Shown here piece after piece: positions 22,401 to 31,610 of a stretch of DNA of 64,000 nt. The notes under the pieces are model-generated. The model had not been told where the DNA came from, did not search any database, and saw nothing but the letters and a program-made list of their open reading frames with translations. This DNA is from Candidatus Eiseniibacteriota bacterium (lineage in GTDB: Bacteria; Eisenbacteria; RBG-16-71-46): positions 1,312,001-1,376,000 of the forward strand of contig OY970342.1 in NCBI GenBank assembly GCA_963717505.1, written 5' to 3'. Both the position numbers and the translations under genes were made by a program. Position 1 is the first letter of the stretch; each line of letters starts with the position of its first letter.

Positions 22401-23021
22401 TCCCGGACCCCAGAGGCCGTGAGCCAGCCACGGGTGCCGTTCCTTCGGCGAACGAGGCCGCCGGCGCGCGAACACGAGTCCCGCGTCGCGGGCCACCTCG
22501 GTTTCGAGGAAGAGTTTGGAGAACGCCGGATGCGCAGCGAACGATGCCGGAAGGTCGAGCGCGATTTCGTGCCAGGTCGTCAGCTCGAGGTGCCGACTTC
22601 GCTCGGAGCGATTGATCAGATGGATGCGCCGGCAGACCATGGCGTGCTCGGCGTCGACCCAAGTCGAGATCCGCGCGGAGATTCCGTCCTGCTCGCGCGT
22701 GATCGCGAACCAGGATGGCCCTTCTTCGATCTCGCCGTGCTCGGCCGGCAGTCCAGCGGGGCGCAACGCGATCGGCCAGTAGGCTCGCGAGTCGAGGTCG
22801 CGCACGAACACGAACTCGCCGTCCTCGTCGAGCAGGCGATCGCCGCGCCAGCGGGTCAGGCTCAAGGCTTCGAGCCAGGTGCCGCCGGCGCCGCTGGGAG
22901 TGACCAGGGTTCGCAGCCGACCGTTGCCGAGCAGCCGTCCCGGCGCCGCCGCCGGGGCTTCGGGTGACGCGAGCGAAGCGGCCTGGCGCCCGCCGGCCGG
23001 GTCGTGATGCCGCGCGGACAT
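19464..23021 (-). CDS. GH94 glycoside phosphorylase, NdvB/Cgs C-terminal type (probable beta-1,2-oligoglucan phosphorylase)
   Basis: Two supersandwich modules (LLGNG..., PWSNVLANEDFG) and catalytic-domain motifs YQSGGAFGYRDQLQD, GDWNDGMN, GESVW, RENGGQYTHAA, GGWTWYTGSAGW; no signal peptide and no GT84 domain. Confidence 0.85.
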   Translation of the reverse strand: MSARHHDPAGGRQAASLASPEAPAAAPGRLLGNGRLRTLVTPSGAGGTWLEALSLTRWRGDRLLDEDGEFVFVRDLDSRAYWPIALRPAGLPAEHGEIEEGPSWFAITREQDGISARISTWVDAEHAMVCRRIHLINRSERSRHLELTTWHEIALDLPASFAAHPAFSKLFLETEVARDAGLVFARRRPRSPKERHPWLAHGLWGPGALEIETRRIAFLGRGGDLERAHGLRSLSPLSGCTGSVLDPVFVQRRRTALAPGEHADYASLLIATATREEAIRIAEESRTSEACRNSREKADARARSEWDELGLGHAAAMQAERTAAMELYPDPHGDLDLAGLFERSTIASRSAESAETDATPSSEPLRAFNGIGGFSADGSEYVLFLRRGPDGELLRPPMPWSNVLANEDFGCLVTEGGSISTWSGNSRTHRLTPWSNDPVRDPCSEALYLRDMERGVAWSPLPGPCPGPGDYEVRHRFGSTRFRHRTDGIETVADVFVPVVGHFRTVRLRITNLGTRTRRLAAVSFQRLELGERSEDRRTVTTAFDADHRVLTARQPAGTGIDRLAFATAIVDGKMMATSYTADAAGFVGRGGSLRHPAAMARAEPLDGRTGSGTEPCFACRVDLEIAPGQTRQCAFVLGDCENWDALGAVLENLRQPGEIDRIEREVREHWIDCVGRVQVETPVEALDLMVNGWLMYQTLACRLWGRTAFYQSGGAFGYRDQLQDATALLAVAPDLVRRQILLHAAHQFPEGDVLHWWHPPRSHGLRTRFVDDLLWLPDAAATYVRVTGDHDILNAPVGFVAGRSLAPGEDEAYLEPSTVGPATALYTHCCLAIDRSLSTGDHGLPLFGSGDWNDGMNRVGREGRGESVWMAFFLFSVLEGFAPLCVARGDTERAARYREHQQRLQSAIETHAWDGAWYRRGYYDDGTPLGSQSSDECRIDALVQAWSVLSGAAPRERAEQAMDAVMRHLVSETDGIVKLLTPAFDRTPHDPGYIKGYVPGVRENGGQYTHAALWVVRALAQLGRTGDAARLLAMLSPVSHGSSAAGVETYSVEPYVIAADVYGEPPHVGRGGWTWYTGSAGWMLRVALESVLGVTVEDGRTLVVRPSIPDSWPGYRVKIRPLGLGTTYSIVVRRSEARGDPALRGVLDGQPLKTQEGRVLVPLSTDGVHHEVTVFIDPNPAARR

Positions 23022-24622
23022 CAGTGGATGAGCGCGATGGGGCGAACGATCGCGCGTCCGGCCGCCTCGAGCCGCGTCAGGTAGACGCCGCTCGGCAGGC
23101 CGTGCGCGCGAAGGGTGAAGTGATGGGAACCCGGACCCCGGGTTTCGTCGACCAGGCGGGCCACCTGGCGTCCGGCCACGTCGTAGACCGCTAGCTTCAC
23201 GTGCGTCGTCGAGGTCAGTCGAAAAGCCAGTGTCGTCGAGTCGTGGAACGGATTCGGCGACGCCGGCAGCAGCTCGATTCCGGCAGGCCCGTTGCCGTCT
23301 TCAACCGCCAGCGGCGCGCCGGTGAACCCGGCCCGCTGCAGGCCCGAGATGATCTCGGGGTTTCGCATGAAGCGTTCCCACACGAGACCGGTTCGGTAGT
23401 TCTCGATCATGATCCCGATCGGGCCCTGGTCGATGCCGAGCACGTCGGTCGCGAACCACGACGACGTGAGATTGAACGCGTCCTTGAAGCCGTACGGGCC
23501 CCAGGTGTAGGGCAGCTTGTAGTTCGTGTACAGGTTGCGAATGGTCGGAATCACGGCTTCCGGCGCGAACGGCAGCGAGCTGATCGGGGCGGTTGGCGTG
23601 ATGGTTCCGTTTTCGTTCTGCGGCGGTGGCGCCCCGTGAGCGGCGTAGCCCGCGGGATCGTCCGACGCGGTGAACCCCCACAGCGAGTCGCTGTAACCGA
23701 CGCGGCCGAGCGGGTTCGCTACGGCGTACGCACGCTGCGCGAGCGTCGCGCGGCGGGAGTTCTCGAAGTAATCGATGCCGTGGTCGCGCATGAACTGGTC
23801 CTGTATGTTCCGGAAGTCGATCCAGCAGTGCGAGTACTGGTGGCCGAACAGCGGCGGGAAGATGACGTAGGTCTGTCCGTATTGCGTGTTCCAGTTGTAG
23901 CCGCTGGTCCACCCCGCCCACGACGTCGGAATGTCGGCGAGCGGCACCGGCTTGGTCGGCGAACCGAAGGCGAGGATGTAGAGGATCATCGCCTCGCTGT
24001 AGCCCCCCCAGTCGAACGGCAGGAAGCCGGATCCCGGCTTCCAGCCGTGGCGAAGGCGCTTGCCGCTGGCGTTGACCATGAACGGGAAATTGACCCGGCG
24101 GTAGATCGAGTCCGCGAGCGCGCGGATCTGGATTTCATCGGGATCGACGCCGTCGAAGTACTGCTTGGCGTCGAGAATCCCCGCGAGCAGCAACGCCGTG
24201 TCGATGCTCGACAGCTCGGTGTCCCACGACACCATGCGCAGCGCGGTGTTCATGTCGAGGAAGTGATAGAACCAGCCCTGGTAGCCGATGGTTCCGCTCG
24301 CGGCACTGCTCTGCGGCTTGGTCCAGAACGTCTCGAGCGTGGTCCGCGCCCGGGCGCGAGCTGCGGCGCGGGTCACCCAGCCGTGGTCGACGCCGGTGCA
24401 GATCACCGACAGGCCGAAACCGACCGCGGCGATACTGGCCGGCGAGCCCGGCGTGCTGCGGTCCTTGATCATTCCGTTCGCGGGATTGGCCTCGTCCCAC
24501 GCGTAGCGGAATGCGCCGTATTGAAGGCTGTCCAAGATCGCGTCGGTCGTCTGCGCGCTGGCGGGGACCGCGGCGGCGAGCGCCAGGGGCAGGAGCAGGA
24601 TGCGAATCAGCCGGGTCACCAT
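23021..24622 (-). CDS. GH144 (glucoamylase-like; probable endo-beta-1,2-glucanase) with C-terminal FlgD/T9SS-like domain
   Basis: Signal peptide; SIAAVGFGL, GWFYHFLD, ELSSIDTALL, YSEAMILY, PLFGHQYSH, DYFENSRRAT, YGFKDAFN, LGIDQGP, IENYRTG; C-terminus SPNPF...YDVAGRQVARL...SGVYLTRL. Confidence 0.88.
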   Translation of the reverse strand: MVTRLIRILLLPLALAAAVPASAQTTDAILDSLQYGAFRYAWDEANPANGMIKDRSTPGSPASIAAVGFGLSVICTGVDHGWVTRAAARARARTTLETFWTKPQSSAASGTIGYQGWFYHFLDMNTALRMVSWDTELSSIDTALLLAGILDAKQYFDGVDPDEIQIRALADSIYRRVNFPFMVNASGKRLRHGWKPGSGFLPFDWGGYSEAMILYILAFGSPTKPVPLADIPTSWAGWTSGYNWNTQYGQTYVIFPPLFGHQYSHCWIDFRNIQDQFMRDHGIDYFENSRRATLAQRAYAVANPLGRVGYSDSLWGFTASDDPAGYAAHGAPPPQNENGTITPTAPISSLPFAPEAVIPTIRNLYTNYKLPYTWGPYGFKDAFNLTSSWFATDVLGIDQGPIGIMIENYRTGLVWERFMRNPEIISGLQRAGFTGAPLAVEDGNGPAGIELLPASPNPFHDSTTLAFRLTSTTHVKLAVYDVAGRQVARLVDETRGPGSHHFTLRAHGLPSGVYLTRLEAAGRAIVRPIALIH

Positions 24623-24655
24623 GACAGTAATCCTCCGTGGGCGCTCATTGCGGGG

Positions 24656-25675
24656 TCAATAGGAAACCGTGAATGAAAGCCGATGGACGCTTTCCAGGCG
24701 TCCGTAGTCGGCCCACGCGTAGTCGATCTGGTAGCCGAAGTCGGAGAGGCGGCTCTGGAACCCAAGCCCGGCGGCGGCCCCTTCCTCGGAGTCCTCCTTG
24801 AACAGGTTCTGATAGCCGAGCCGGGCCGAGACCATCTCCCGATAGGTCAGCTCGAAACCGCCGCTCGCACTCTCGGAATTGTCGCTGGGGTGCGCCGCGG
24901 TCACCGCGAACCAGCCGCGCAGGTCGTTGCTCAGGCGCAACGGGTAGCCCACGCCGGCCCGGAACAGGATCGGAACCGGATAGTCCTGCGTGAACCGCTC
25001 GCCCGGGAGCGCGTTGTTGTCGCCCGATCGGCTGGGGTCCTCGTCGTACGTGATCCTCAGGTCCAGGCCTTCGAATCCGGCGGACGTTCCAAAGTTCGTG
25101 AGACTGGCGCCGAGGTGCAGTCCCTGCGGGCTCAGCCGATAGAGCGTGCCGACGTCGAACGTCACGGCGTCGGCGCTCGAGTGCCAGATGGTCTCCTGGA
25201 GGTAGCGCACCTGGAGCCCGGCCGAGAAGCGCTCGGTGACCGCGTAGGCGTAACCGAGCCCGACCGCCAGATTCGAAACCGTGTAACGCTCGCCGGTTCC
25301 GAGCGGTTGATTGACGGTGCGCACGTCGATCTCGCCCGAGTTGAGCGAGGTGATGGTCACGAACGCCGCGCCCCACGCGCCGATCGGGAAGCCGGCCGCG
25401 ACGTAGTCGTGGCGAATGCCCGCGAACCAGTCCGCGTGCGAGAACTGAATCTCCATTCCCTGGAGCCGCCCGACTGCGGCCGGGTTGTAGTACGCGGCAT
25501 CGAGCCGGGTGTCGGCCGCCACGCCGGTGTTGCCGAGTGCCGTCAGTCGGGAGCTGGGCTCGATCAGGAGGAACTGGCCGAGCGTGGTGCCGGTCTTGCT
25601 CTGGGCCGCCGCCGAGCCGGCGCCGGCCAAGATGCACCACGCAATCACCGCCCAGATGTGGCGCCGCGCGCTCAT
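24656..25675 (-). CDS. PorV/PorQ-like (UPF0164) outer-membrane beta-barrel
   Basis: ATG 25675 overlaps the upstream stop; signal peptide; QFLLIEPSSRLTALG, AAYYNPAA, FSHADWFAGI, FDVGTLY, IDYAWADYGRL..VHRLSFTVSY. Confidence 0.85.
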   Translation of the reverse strand: MSARRHIWAVIAWCILAGAGSAAAQSKTGTTLGQFLLIEPSSRLTALGNTGVAADTRLDAAYYNPAAVGRLQGMEIQFSHADWFAGIRHDYVAAGFPIGAWGAAFVTITSLNSGEIDVRTVNQPLGTGERYTVSNLAVGLGYAYAVTERFSAGLQVRYLQETIWHSSADAVTFDVGTLYRLSPQGLHLGASLTNFGTSAGFEGLDLRITYDEDPSRSGDNNALPGERFTQDYPVPILFRAGVGYPLRLSNDLRGWFAVTAAHPSDNSESASGGFELTYREMVSARLGYQNLFKEDSEEGAAAGLGFQSRLSDFGYQIDYAWADYGRLESVHRLSFTVSY

Positions 25676-28600
25676 TTGACGATCGCAAACTTGCCGAGGA
25701 ATGCCGGCAGGTTCGGCGCCTCGACCTGGTAGATGAAGAGCCCGGGTGCGACGTCGAGGTTGTCCTTGGTCCGCAAGTTCCAGGCGACGAATCCATCGTC
25801 GGAGCCGTCGTGGCGAAGCGTCTGCACCAGGTCGCCGCGCACGGTGTAGATGCGGATCGTGCTGCCCTGCGGTAGCGCGCGGAACTCCATCCGCCGATCG
25901 CCGCGCCCCGAGACGTTGAAGCGCGCAGGCTCGAAGCTGGCGGCTTCGACGTAAGGGTTGGGCACCACGTAGGGGACGTTCGTGTACTGCTGCTGGGCGG
26001 CCACGGCGTCGATGCGCTCGCCGGTGGTGGTGAAGGCGAACAGGTCGCCGTCGCCGAACGGACGCTGGATCCGAAGCTGGTAGACGTCGCCGAGCGCCGG
26101 TTTGATCAACGGACCCCGAATGCCTTGCCCGACCGTGTCGAGCTGAGCGCGCCAGGTGATCAACGAATCGACCTGCATGCCGGGAACCGGACACAGGATG
26201 TCGATGTTCTCGTCGGCGCGACTCAACGTGCCGTCGGCGTCGAGGTCGCGGAAGCGGAAGTCGAGCTGGATGGAGTCGCCGGGTGCCAAGTGCGCGAACA
26301 CGCGGAACCTGGCCGGGCGCGCCGGGATCGGGAAGATCGCGATCCCGGTGTCGCGGACCACGTTGTCGAAGATGATCGACAAGTTGTCCGGGTAGCCCGT
26401 CCTGCGAAAGTTCGCCGACAGAATCGGCTGGTAGAGAACCCCCAGCCGGGAATTGGTCGGACTGGTGGGCGTGAACCCGGACGCCTGTTGATCGATCGCC
26501 GGGAAGAGCGGCGTCGTGATCACCGGCAGCAGGCCGCACCCGACCGAGCCGCCGCCCTCGCCCGACAGATCCGCCCCGTGGGTGATGCACACCGTGGTGT
26601 CGGTGCTGTCGGTCACCGTGTAGCGATAGGCGCGCAGGCTGTCGGGGCTCGGGGCCTCGAACGCGATCACGAAGCGATGGCCTTCCGGCACCTGGTTGGC
26701 GTTGACGACACCGACGTCGATGGTGCCGACGCCGACGCCGGACACTCGGCTCGGCGGAATGACCGTCGCACTCTGGTAACCGAGCACGCGCGGGTTGGGC
26801 CGGACCTCGACCACGTTCTTGGGCAGCACCGTGCCGCCGCGCGCCGTGCGGGTCACCGCCACCGCATTCTCCGACGGGAACACGCGCAGGGAGTCGAACA
26901 CGGATTCGACGCCAAAATCGTAGGCGGTGACCGCGTAGTAGTAGATCTGGCCGTTGGTCACCGTGGTGTCGGTCCAGGTGTGGGTGAGTCCGGTGTCGTC
27001 GCCCAGCCAGTACTGGACGCCTTCGACCGACTTCTGCGAGTAGCCGCGCCGTCCGTCGCGCAGGTCGAACTGGGCGTTCGGCTTCATCAGGCCGATGTCG
27101 TTGCCGCGGCCGGTGGTGATGCGCTCGGGATCGCGAAACTCGGGGTCGGTCGACCGATAGATCCGGTAGCCCTCGAAGTCGAACTCGCCGGTCACCGGGT
27201 CGGCGCCGCGCTCGGCGATGTCGTCCCACGACAGCCGCACGTAGCCGTCGCCGGCCTCGGCGGTGAGCGTTGGCATCGGCGGGGGTACGGCGAACTGGTA
27301 ATTCGCGTTGTAGATCTGCTGCACGGTGGCCACCGTGTTGCGCAGCTCGGTGAGGTCGGCGCCGTAACCGAGCGCCAGGCTGAACCGCTCGCGCTGCCCG
27401 GCGCGAAGCTGGAACGGTCCCGAGGCGAACAGGAATCCGATGTTGTAGTTCGAGGCCAGCGCGGAATCGAAGCGTGCCGGCGCGAACGGATCGGTGAACT
27501 TCTCGTACAGCCGCTGCGGCCAGTTGTTGTTTTCCGTATAGAACAGTATGCCGTCGGTGGTCGGATCGGGGTTGCCGACGCCGGCGCGAATCCGATTCAT
27601 CTTGAAGCCGGTGAGTCCGATCTGGTCGGACTCGTTGAGGTCCGTGCGGTCGAATGAGGGCTCGCCCTCGGTGGGGATGCCGTCGCCCTCGCCCGTGTCG
27701 TCGGTCTCGGGGACGCCGTCGGCGCCGACGTCGTGGAACTCGGGATTCCAGTCCATGTCTTCGTCGCCGGGCCACCAGCGTCCGATCCGATAGGCCGGGC
27801 GCCTCTCCAGCGGCCCGTACGCCTGCTCGAACTTCGCCAGGTCGTAGTTCGCGGTCACGTGGGTGAGGATCGCGCTCTGTCCATCGATGACGACTCCCGG
27901 GCCGCCGTCGCGCTGCTCGTCGATGATTCCGTCGTCATCGTTGTCGAGGCCGTCGAACGGATTGCCCGGGGTCTCGAGGTAGGCATAGCCCAGGTAGCCG
28001 GTGGGCGAGCAGCTGCCTTTCAGGTCGCGGCCGTGGCCGAAGCGATCCCAGGTGTAGACCAGGTTCAACCCGAGCGACTTGTCGAAGTAGGCGTTGTCGT
28101 CGTCCGACTCGAAGATGCCGTCGCACGACAAGGCCGAACCGCCGACCCCCGAGTCCATGTACAACCCGAAGATGATGTTGTCGATGTAGTCGGTCGTGCC
28201 CTCGTTGGTGATGTCGTAGTGCCAGAAGATGACGTTCGACGCCTGCGGGTTGGCCCACTGGAATCCGCGCACCTCGATGCGCAAACCGAGTCCGTGGCGC
28301 GACGAGTCGCGGGCGTCGGGATAGAACTGCCAGGCGTCGTAGAACTCGTCGTCCATCACGAAGAAGCTCTCTTGATCCGCCGCCGGGCGCTTGCCGAAGT
28401 AGCCGTTCCAGCTGCCGCCCCAGCCCGGATCGTCGGGGTCGGTCACGCGATCCGGCCAGGCCGGCGGCCAGGTGCGCGAGTCGTTGCTGATCGCGGGTGA
28501 GCGCGCCTGGTTGATGATCGGATCGGCCTGGAAGTAGCCGGGGCGCGGCTCGAAGCGCATCACCCGGTTGAATCGCGGGCTGATCGCCTGGCGCTCGCGA

Positions 28601-28947
28601 AAGCCGGTCTCCATCAGATAGACGTCCTGGCCGTCGGCCGTGCGGATCTTGGCCAGCACGAACGGCGTGATGCCGTCCGAGTAGTTCATGCCCGTGCCCT
28701 TGGGCACTTCCGCCGAGTGGAATACGCTCAGGTCGACACCGCCGGGGTTCGACGGGTAGTCGCCGACCATGCCGTAATTCCAAAACACTGTCCGAATATT
28801 CGCTGCGTCGTGGAAGCCGGAGCGCTCGGCGTCGAGTCGGCCGCGCTGATCCGGCGGCACCACCGGTTGCAGCTGCGCCCGCACAGCCGGTGCCGCGAGG
28901 GTGGCCAGCGCGAGGACCAGGACTGCCGCTGCCAGAGGCCGGCTCAT
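25672..28947 (-). CDS. Large (~1090 aa) secreted protein with Ca-binding-like DxDxDG motifs, an FN3-like domain and a C-terminal sorting-type domain
   Basis: ATG 28947 overlaps the receptor stop; signal peptide; DGLDNDDDGIIDE; VRLSWD...FEGYRIYRS...YYYAVTAYD; C-terminus VVPNPY...IRIYTVRGDLV...WNLRT...GKFAIVK. Confidence 0.85.
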   Translation of the reverse strand: MSRPLAAAVLVLALATLAAPAVRAQLQPVVPPDQRGRLDAERSGFHDAANIRTVFWNYGMVGDYPSNPGGVDLSVFHSAEVPKGTGMNYSDGITPFVLAKIRTADGQDVYLMETGFRERQAISPRFNRVMRFEPRPGYFQADPIINQARSPAISNDSRTWPPAWPDRVTDPDDPGWGGSWNGYFGKRPAADQESFFVMDDEFYDAWQFYPDARDSSRHGLGLRIEVRGFQWANPQASNVIFWHYDITNEGTTDYIDNIIFGLYMDSGVGGSALSCDGIFESDDDNAYFDKSLGLNLVYTWDRFGHGRDLKGSCSPTGYLGYAYLETPGNPFDGLDNDDDGIIDEQRDGGPGVVIDGQSAILTHVTANYDLAKFEQAYGPLERRPAYRIGRWWPGDEDMDWNPEFHDVGADGVPETDDTGEGDGIPTEGEPSFDRTDLNESDQIGLTGFKMNRIRAGVGNPDPTTDGILFYTENNNWPQRLYEKFTDPFAPARFDSALASNYNIGFLFASGPFQLRAGQRERFSLALGYGADLTELRNTVATVQQIYNANYQFAVPPPMPTLTAEAGDGYVRLSWDDIAERGADPVTGEFDFEGYRIYRSTDPEFRDPERITTGRGNDIGLMKPNAQFDLRDGRRGYSQKSVEGVQYWLGDDTGLTHTWTDTTVTNGQIYYYAVTAYDFGVESVFDSLRVFPSENAVAVTRTARGGTVLPKNVVEVRPNPRVLGYQSATVIPPSRVSGVGVGTIDVGVVNANQVPEGHRFVIAFEAPSPDSLRAYRYTVTDSTDTTVCITHGADLSGEGGGSVGCGLLPVITTPLFPAIDQQASGFTPTSPTNSRLGVLYQPILSANFRRTGYPDNLSIIFDNVVRDTGIAIFPIPARPARFRVFAHLAPGDSIQLDFRFRDLDADGTLSRADENIDILCPVPGMQVDSLITWRAQLDTVGQGIRGPLIKPALGDVYQLRIQRPFGDGDLFAFTTTGERIDAVAAQQQYTNVPYVVPNPYVEAASFEPARFNVSGRGDRRMEFRALPQGSTIRIYTVRGDLVQTLRHDGSDDGFVAWNLRTKDNLDVAPGLFIYQVEAPNLPAFLGKFAIVK

Positions 28948-31610
28948 CGCGACGCCCCTGTCCACGCGACACCGACCTCGATCCGGCGCGGAGCGAAGTA
29001 GGTCGAGGGGTCCGACAACGTGATCATGTCCCCGTAGGTCGGAACCCGCGTGTAATAGGGACTGCCCGAGCTGTTGAAGACGTGGCCGTTGTCGAAGCGC
29101 TGGTCGAACAGATTGAGGATGCGAGCGAACAGGCTGAACCGGGTTGGCCGGCCCCCGCCGATGAACTTCTCGCCCCGCACGTCGACCAAGGTCGAAGCCG
29201 GTTTGCGTCCCGAGTTCGTCTCCAGCTCGCCGCCGAACGAGGGGTCGAGTTCCGGGGTGTACGGCTGGCCGCTGCCGTAGCGGACCACGGTGCTCAGGTA
29301 GTAGCTCTCGGGCCGTGCGACCGTGACCGTCAGGTTGAGGGTGTGGCGCTGGTCCCAGTTCAGGTAGATCTGCCGCGGCCGCGGATCCTCCTTGGCGTCG
29401 ACCCGTGCGGCGAGTTCGTAGGGGTCGCTGGCGTTGCCCTTGGCCACCTGCCAGGTGTAGTCGATCGTACTGCTCACCGGCCCCGCCGCCCGCTGATCGA
29501 GCGCGATGGTCATCCCGATCACGCTGCCGAAGTCTGCGTTGGTCAGGCGCTTGTACTCGGCGTTGTTGTAGGTGGTGATGATCTCGGCGCCGAGCAGGTC
29601 GCGGATGTCCTTGTAGAAGAGCGAGAGGTCGAGACCGAGCCACGGCTTGATCTCCTGCCGGTAGCCGAACTGGTACTGGACCGTGCGCTCGGGTTTGACG
29701 TCGGGGTTGCCCAGCACGCCGAAATCGCGGCCGGAGCTGGCCTGCAGGTTCGCGAGCACGTCGTAGTTGGCGTTCCGGTAGATGTCGCCGAGCGGGGGCA
29801 TCTGATAGAAGTGGCCGTACGCGAAGAACAGCGACGACTTGGGCGTCACCGGATAGGAAACGCCGAGGCGTGGAGCCAGCGTCAGCTTGCGGGTGGCCGG
29901 AACGAACTCGGACTGCGGTGCGCCGGCGATGCTGTTGGCGGGATTTCGCGGGTCGCTCGGGACGCCGGTCTTGGGCGCGAAGTACTCGAACCGGAGCCCG
30001 GCGCGCAATTTAAGATCATTCCACTCCAGCTCGTCCTGGGCGTAGGCGGTGCCGACGACCGGCCGGTACTCCTGGGGCTCGTACCAGTCCGGAGGCTGGT
30101 GCAGCTTGCGGACCACGACGCCGCTGCTGTCCACCAGATGGCCGGGCGTGCCGAACTTGAGATAGGTCGGCTGCCACTCGATGCCCGCCTTCATCTGATG
30201 GTCGGGCGCGAAGTACCGCGTGAACGACCCGCCGATCACCGCCGCGTTCGTGACCTGCACGAACCGGGCCCAGTCGGCGCCGTTGATGTAGGCATCCAGC
30301 TCGTAGCCTTCGTCCTTCTCGGCCGGACCCGCGGCGTCGTAGCGCGGGTCGTACACGTCGTCGTACAGCATGTCCTGGTACTCGAAGTAGTTCTGCCGAA
30401 AGTTCAGCTTGTAGAACGTCTTTGGGTTCAAGGCGTGCGTCCAATCGAGGCCGTGGACGATCGAAAACGTGGTCTGCGTCGACAAGCCGTCCGGGTTGAG
30501 GCGAAAGGCCCACGTGTCCTTGCGGGACTCGATCCGATTGGTGATCACCTGATACCCGAGCTCGCCGGGCAGCGATCGATTGGTGATCTTGGCGAGCCCC
30601 TGCAATTCCCGCGAGTACCCGAGCGGCAAGCGCGCGCCGTCACCGGTCGGGTGGTAGACGTTGTTCTCCACATCCGACCGGTCGGTCGGCAGGAACCGGC
30701 GTTCGGCGTAGACCGGGCCGTTGCTGGTGCCGCGCCGGCCGTTGATCAGGAAGAGCGTCTTGGGCAACCCGGTGGGCCCGCTGAGCGAGAGCTGAAAGTT
30801 CCTGAGACTGCCGGGCTCGGCCTCGTAGTCCTGGGGCCGCTCGGCCGAGGGATAGAAGAAGTCCCCGCCGAACATCTCGCCGGACCACTCGAAGTTCTGA
30901 CTTCCGCGCCGCAACACCGCGTTGACCACCCCGCTCATCGCGTGCCCGTACTCCGCGTCGAACGTGCCGCTGATCACCTGGACTTCTTCGAGCACCGAGC
31001 GGTCGAGCTGCAGGCTGGAGAGGTTGTCGTACGGGTTGTTCACGCTGACACCGTCGACCTGGTATTGGACCTCGCCGAGCCGTCCGCCGCGGAAGTGGCC
31101 GTCGACCACGCCGGCCTGCAGCTCGACCACATCGGCCAGCTCCTGCACCGGCAAGCGCGCGATCTCCTCGCGGGTCACGGTCGCAATGTTGCTGGTCAGT
31201 CCCAGCTCGACCACCGGGCGCTGCGCGCTGACCACGATCTCCTCGAGCGCCACGGCCTCTTCCTGCAGGACCAGATCCTGAGTCGTGGTGCGGTCGGCCG
31301 GGATCGAGACGCCGGTCGTCGTGATCGTCTGATGACCGATGAAGCTCGCCTTGACCGAGTACGTGCCGGCCGGGACGTTGAAGATGGCGTAGCGGCCTTC
31401 GAGGTCGGTGATCGCGCCGAGCGGAACTCCGACCAGGATCACGTTGACGCCGGCCAGGGGCTGTTTCTGCGCGTCGCGCACGACGCCGGTGAGCTTGCCC
31501 GTCGTCCCTGCCTCGGAGCGAGCCGCGAGAGCCGAGACGAACGCGATCAAGAAAACCGCGACGACCGTTCCGAAGCGGACCCCCGCCGGCACGGTCGTCG
31601 CCCGGTTCAC
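28944..31610 (-). CDS. TonB-dependent receptor with N-terminal carboxypeptidase-regulatory-like domain
   Basis: GTG 31610 overlaps the upstream stop; GKLTGVVRDA..PLAGVNV, LEEIVVSA, HFRGGR..YQVDGV, ISGTFDAEYG..MSGVVN, APRLGVSYP, GNPDVKPERT, PRRIEVG. Confidence 0.92.
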   Translation of the reverse strand: MNRATTVPAGVRFGTVVAVFLIAFVSALAARSEAGTTGKLTGVVRDAQKQPLAGVNVILVGVPLGAITDLEGRYAIFNVPAGTYSVKASFIGHQTITTTGVSIPADRTTTQDLVLQEEAVALEEIVVSAQRPVVELGLTSNIATVTREEIARLPVQELADVVELQAGVVDGHFRGGRLGEVQYQVDGVSVNNPYDNLSSLQLDRSVLEEVQVISGTFDAEYGHAMSGVVNAVLRRGSQNFEWSGEMFGGDFFYPSAERPQDYEAEPGSLRNFQLSLSGPTGLPKTLFLINGRRGTSNGPVYAERRFLPTDRSDVENNVYHPTGDGARLPLGYSRELQGLAKITNRSLPGELGYQVITNRIESRKDTWAFRLNPDGLSTQTTFSIVHGLDWTHALNPKTFYKLNFRQNYFEYQDMLYDDVYDPRYDAAGPAEKDEGYELDAYINGADWARFVQVTNAAVIGGSFTRYFAPDHQMKAGIEWQPTYLKFGTPGHLVDSSGVVVRKLHQPPDWYEPQEYRPVVGTAYAQDELEWNDLKLRAGLRFEYFAPKTGVPSDPRNPANSIAGAPQSEFVPATRKLTLAPRLGVSYPVTPKSSLFFAYGHFYQMPPLGDIYRNANYDVLANLQASSGRDFGVLGNPDVKPERTVQYQFGYRQEIKPWLGLDLSLFYKDIRDLLGAEIITTYNNAEYKRLTNADFGSVIGMTIALDQRAAGPVSSTIDYTWQVAKGNASDPYELAARVDAKEDPRPRQIYLNWDQRHTLNLTVTVARPESYYLSTVVRYGSGQPYTPELDPSFGGELETNSGRKPASTLVDVRGEKFIGGGRPTRFSLFARILNLFDQRFDNGHVFNSSGSPYYTRVPTYGDMITLSDPSTYFAPRRIEVGVAWTGASR

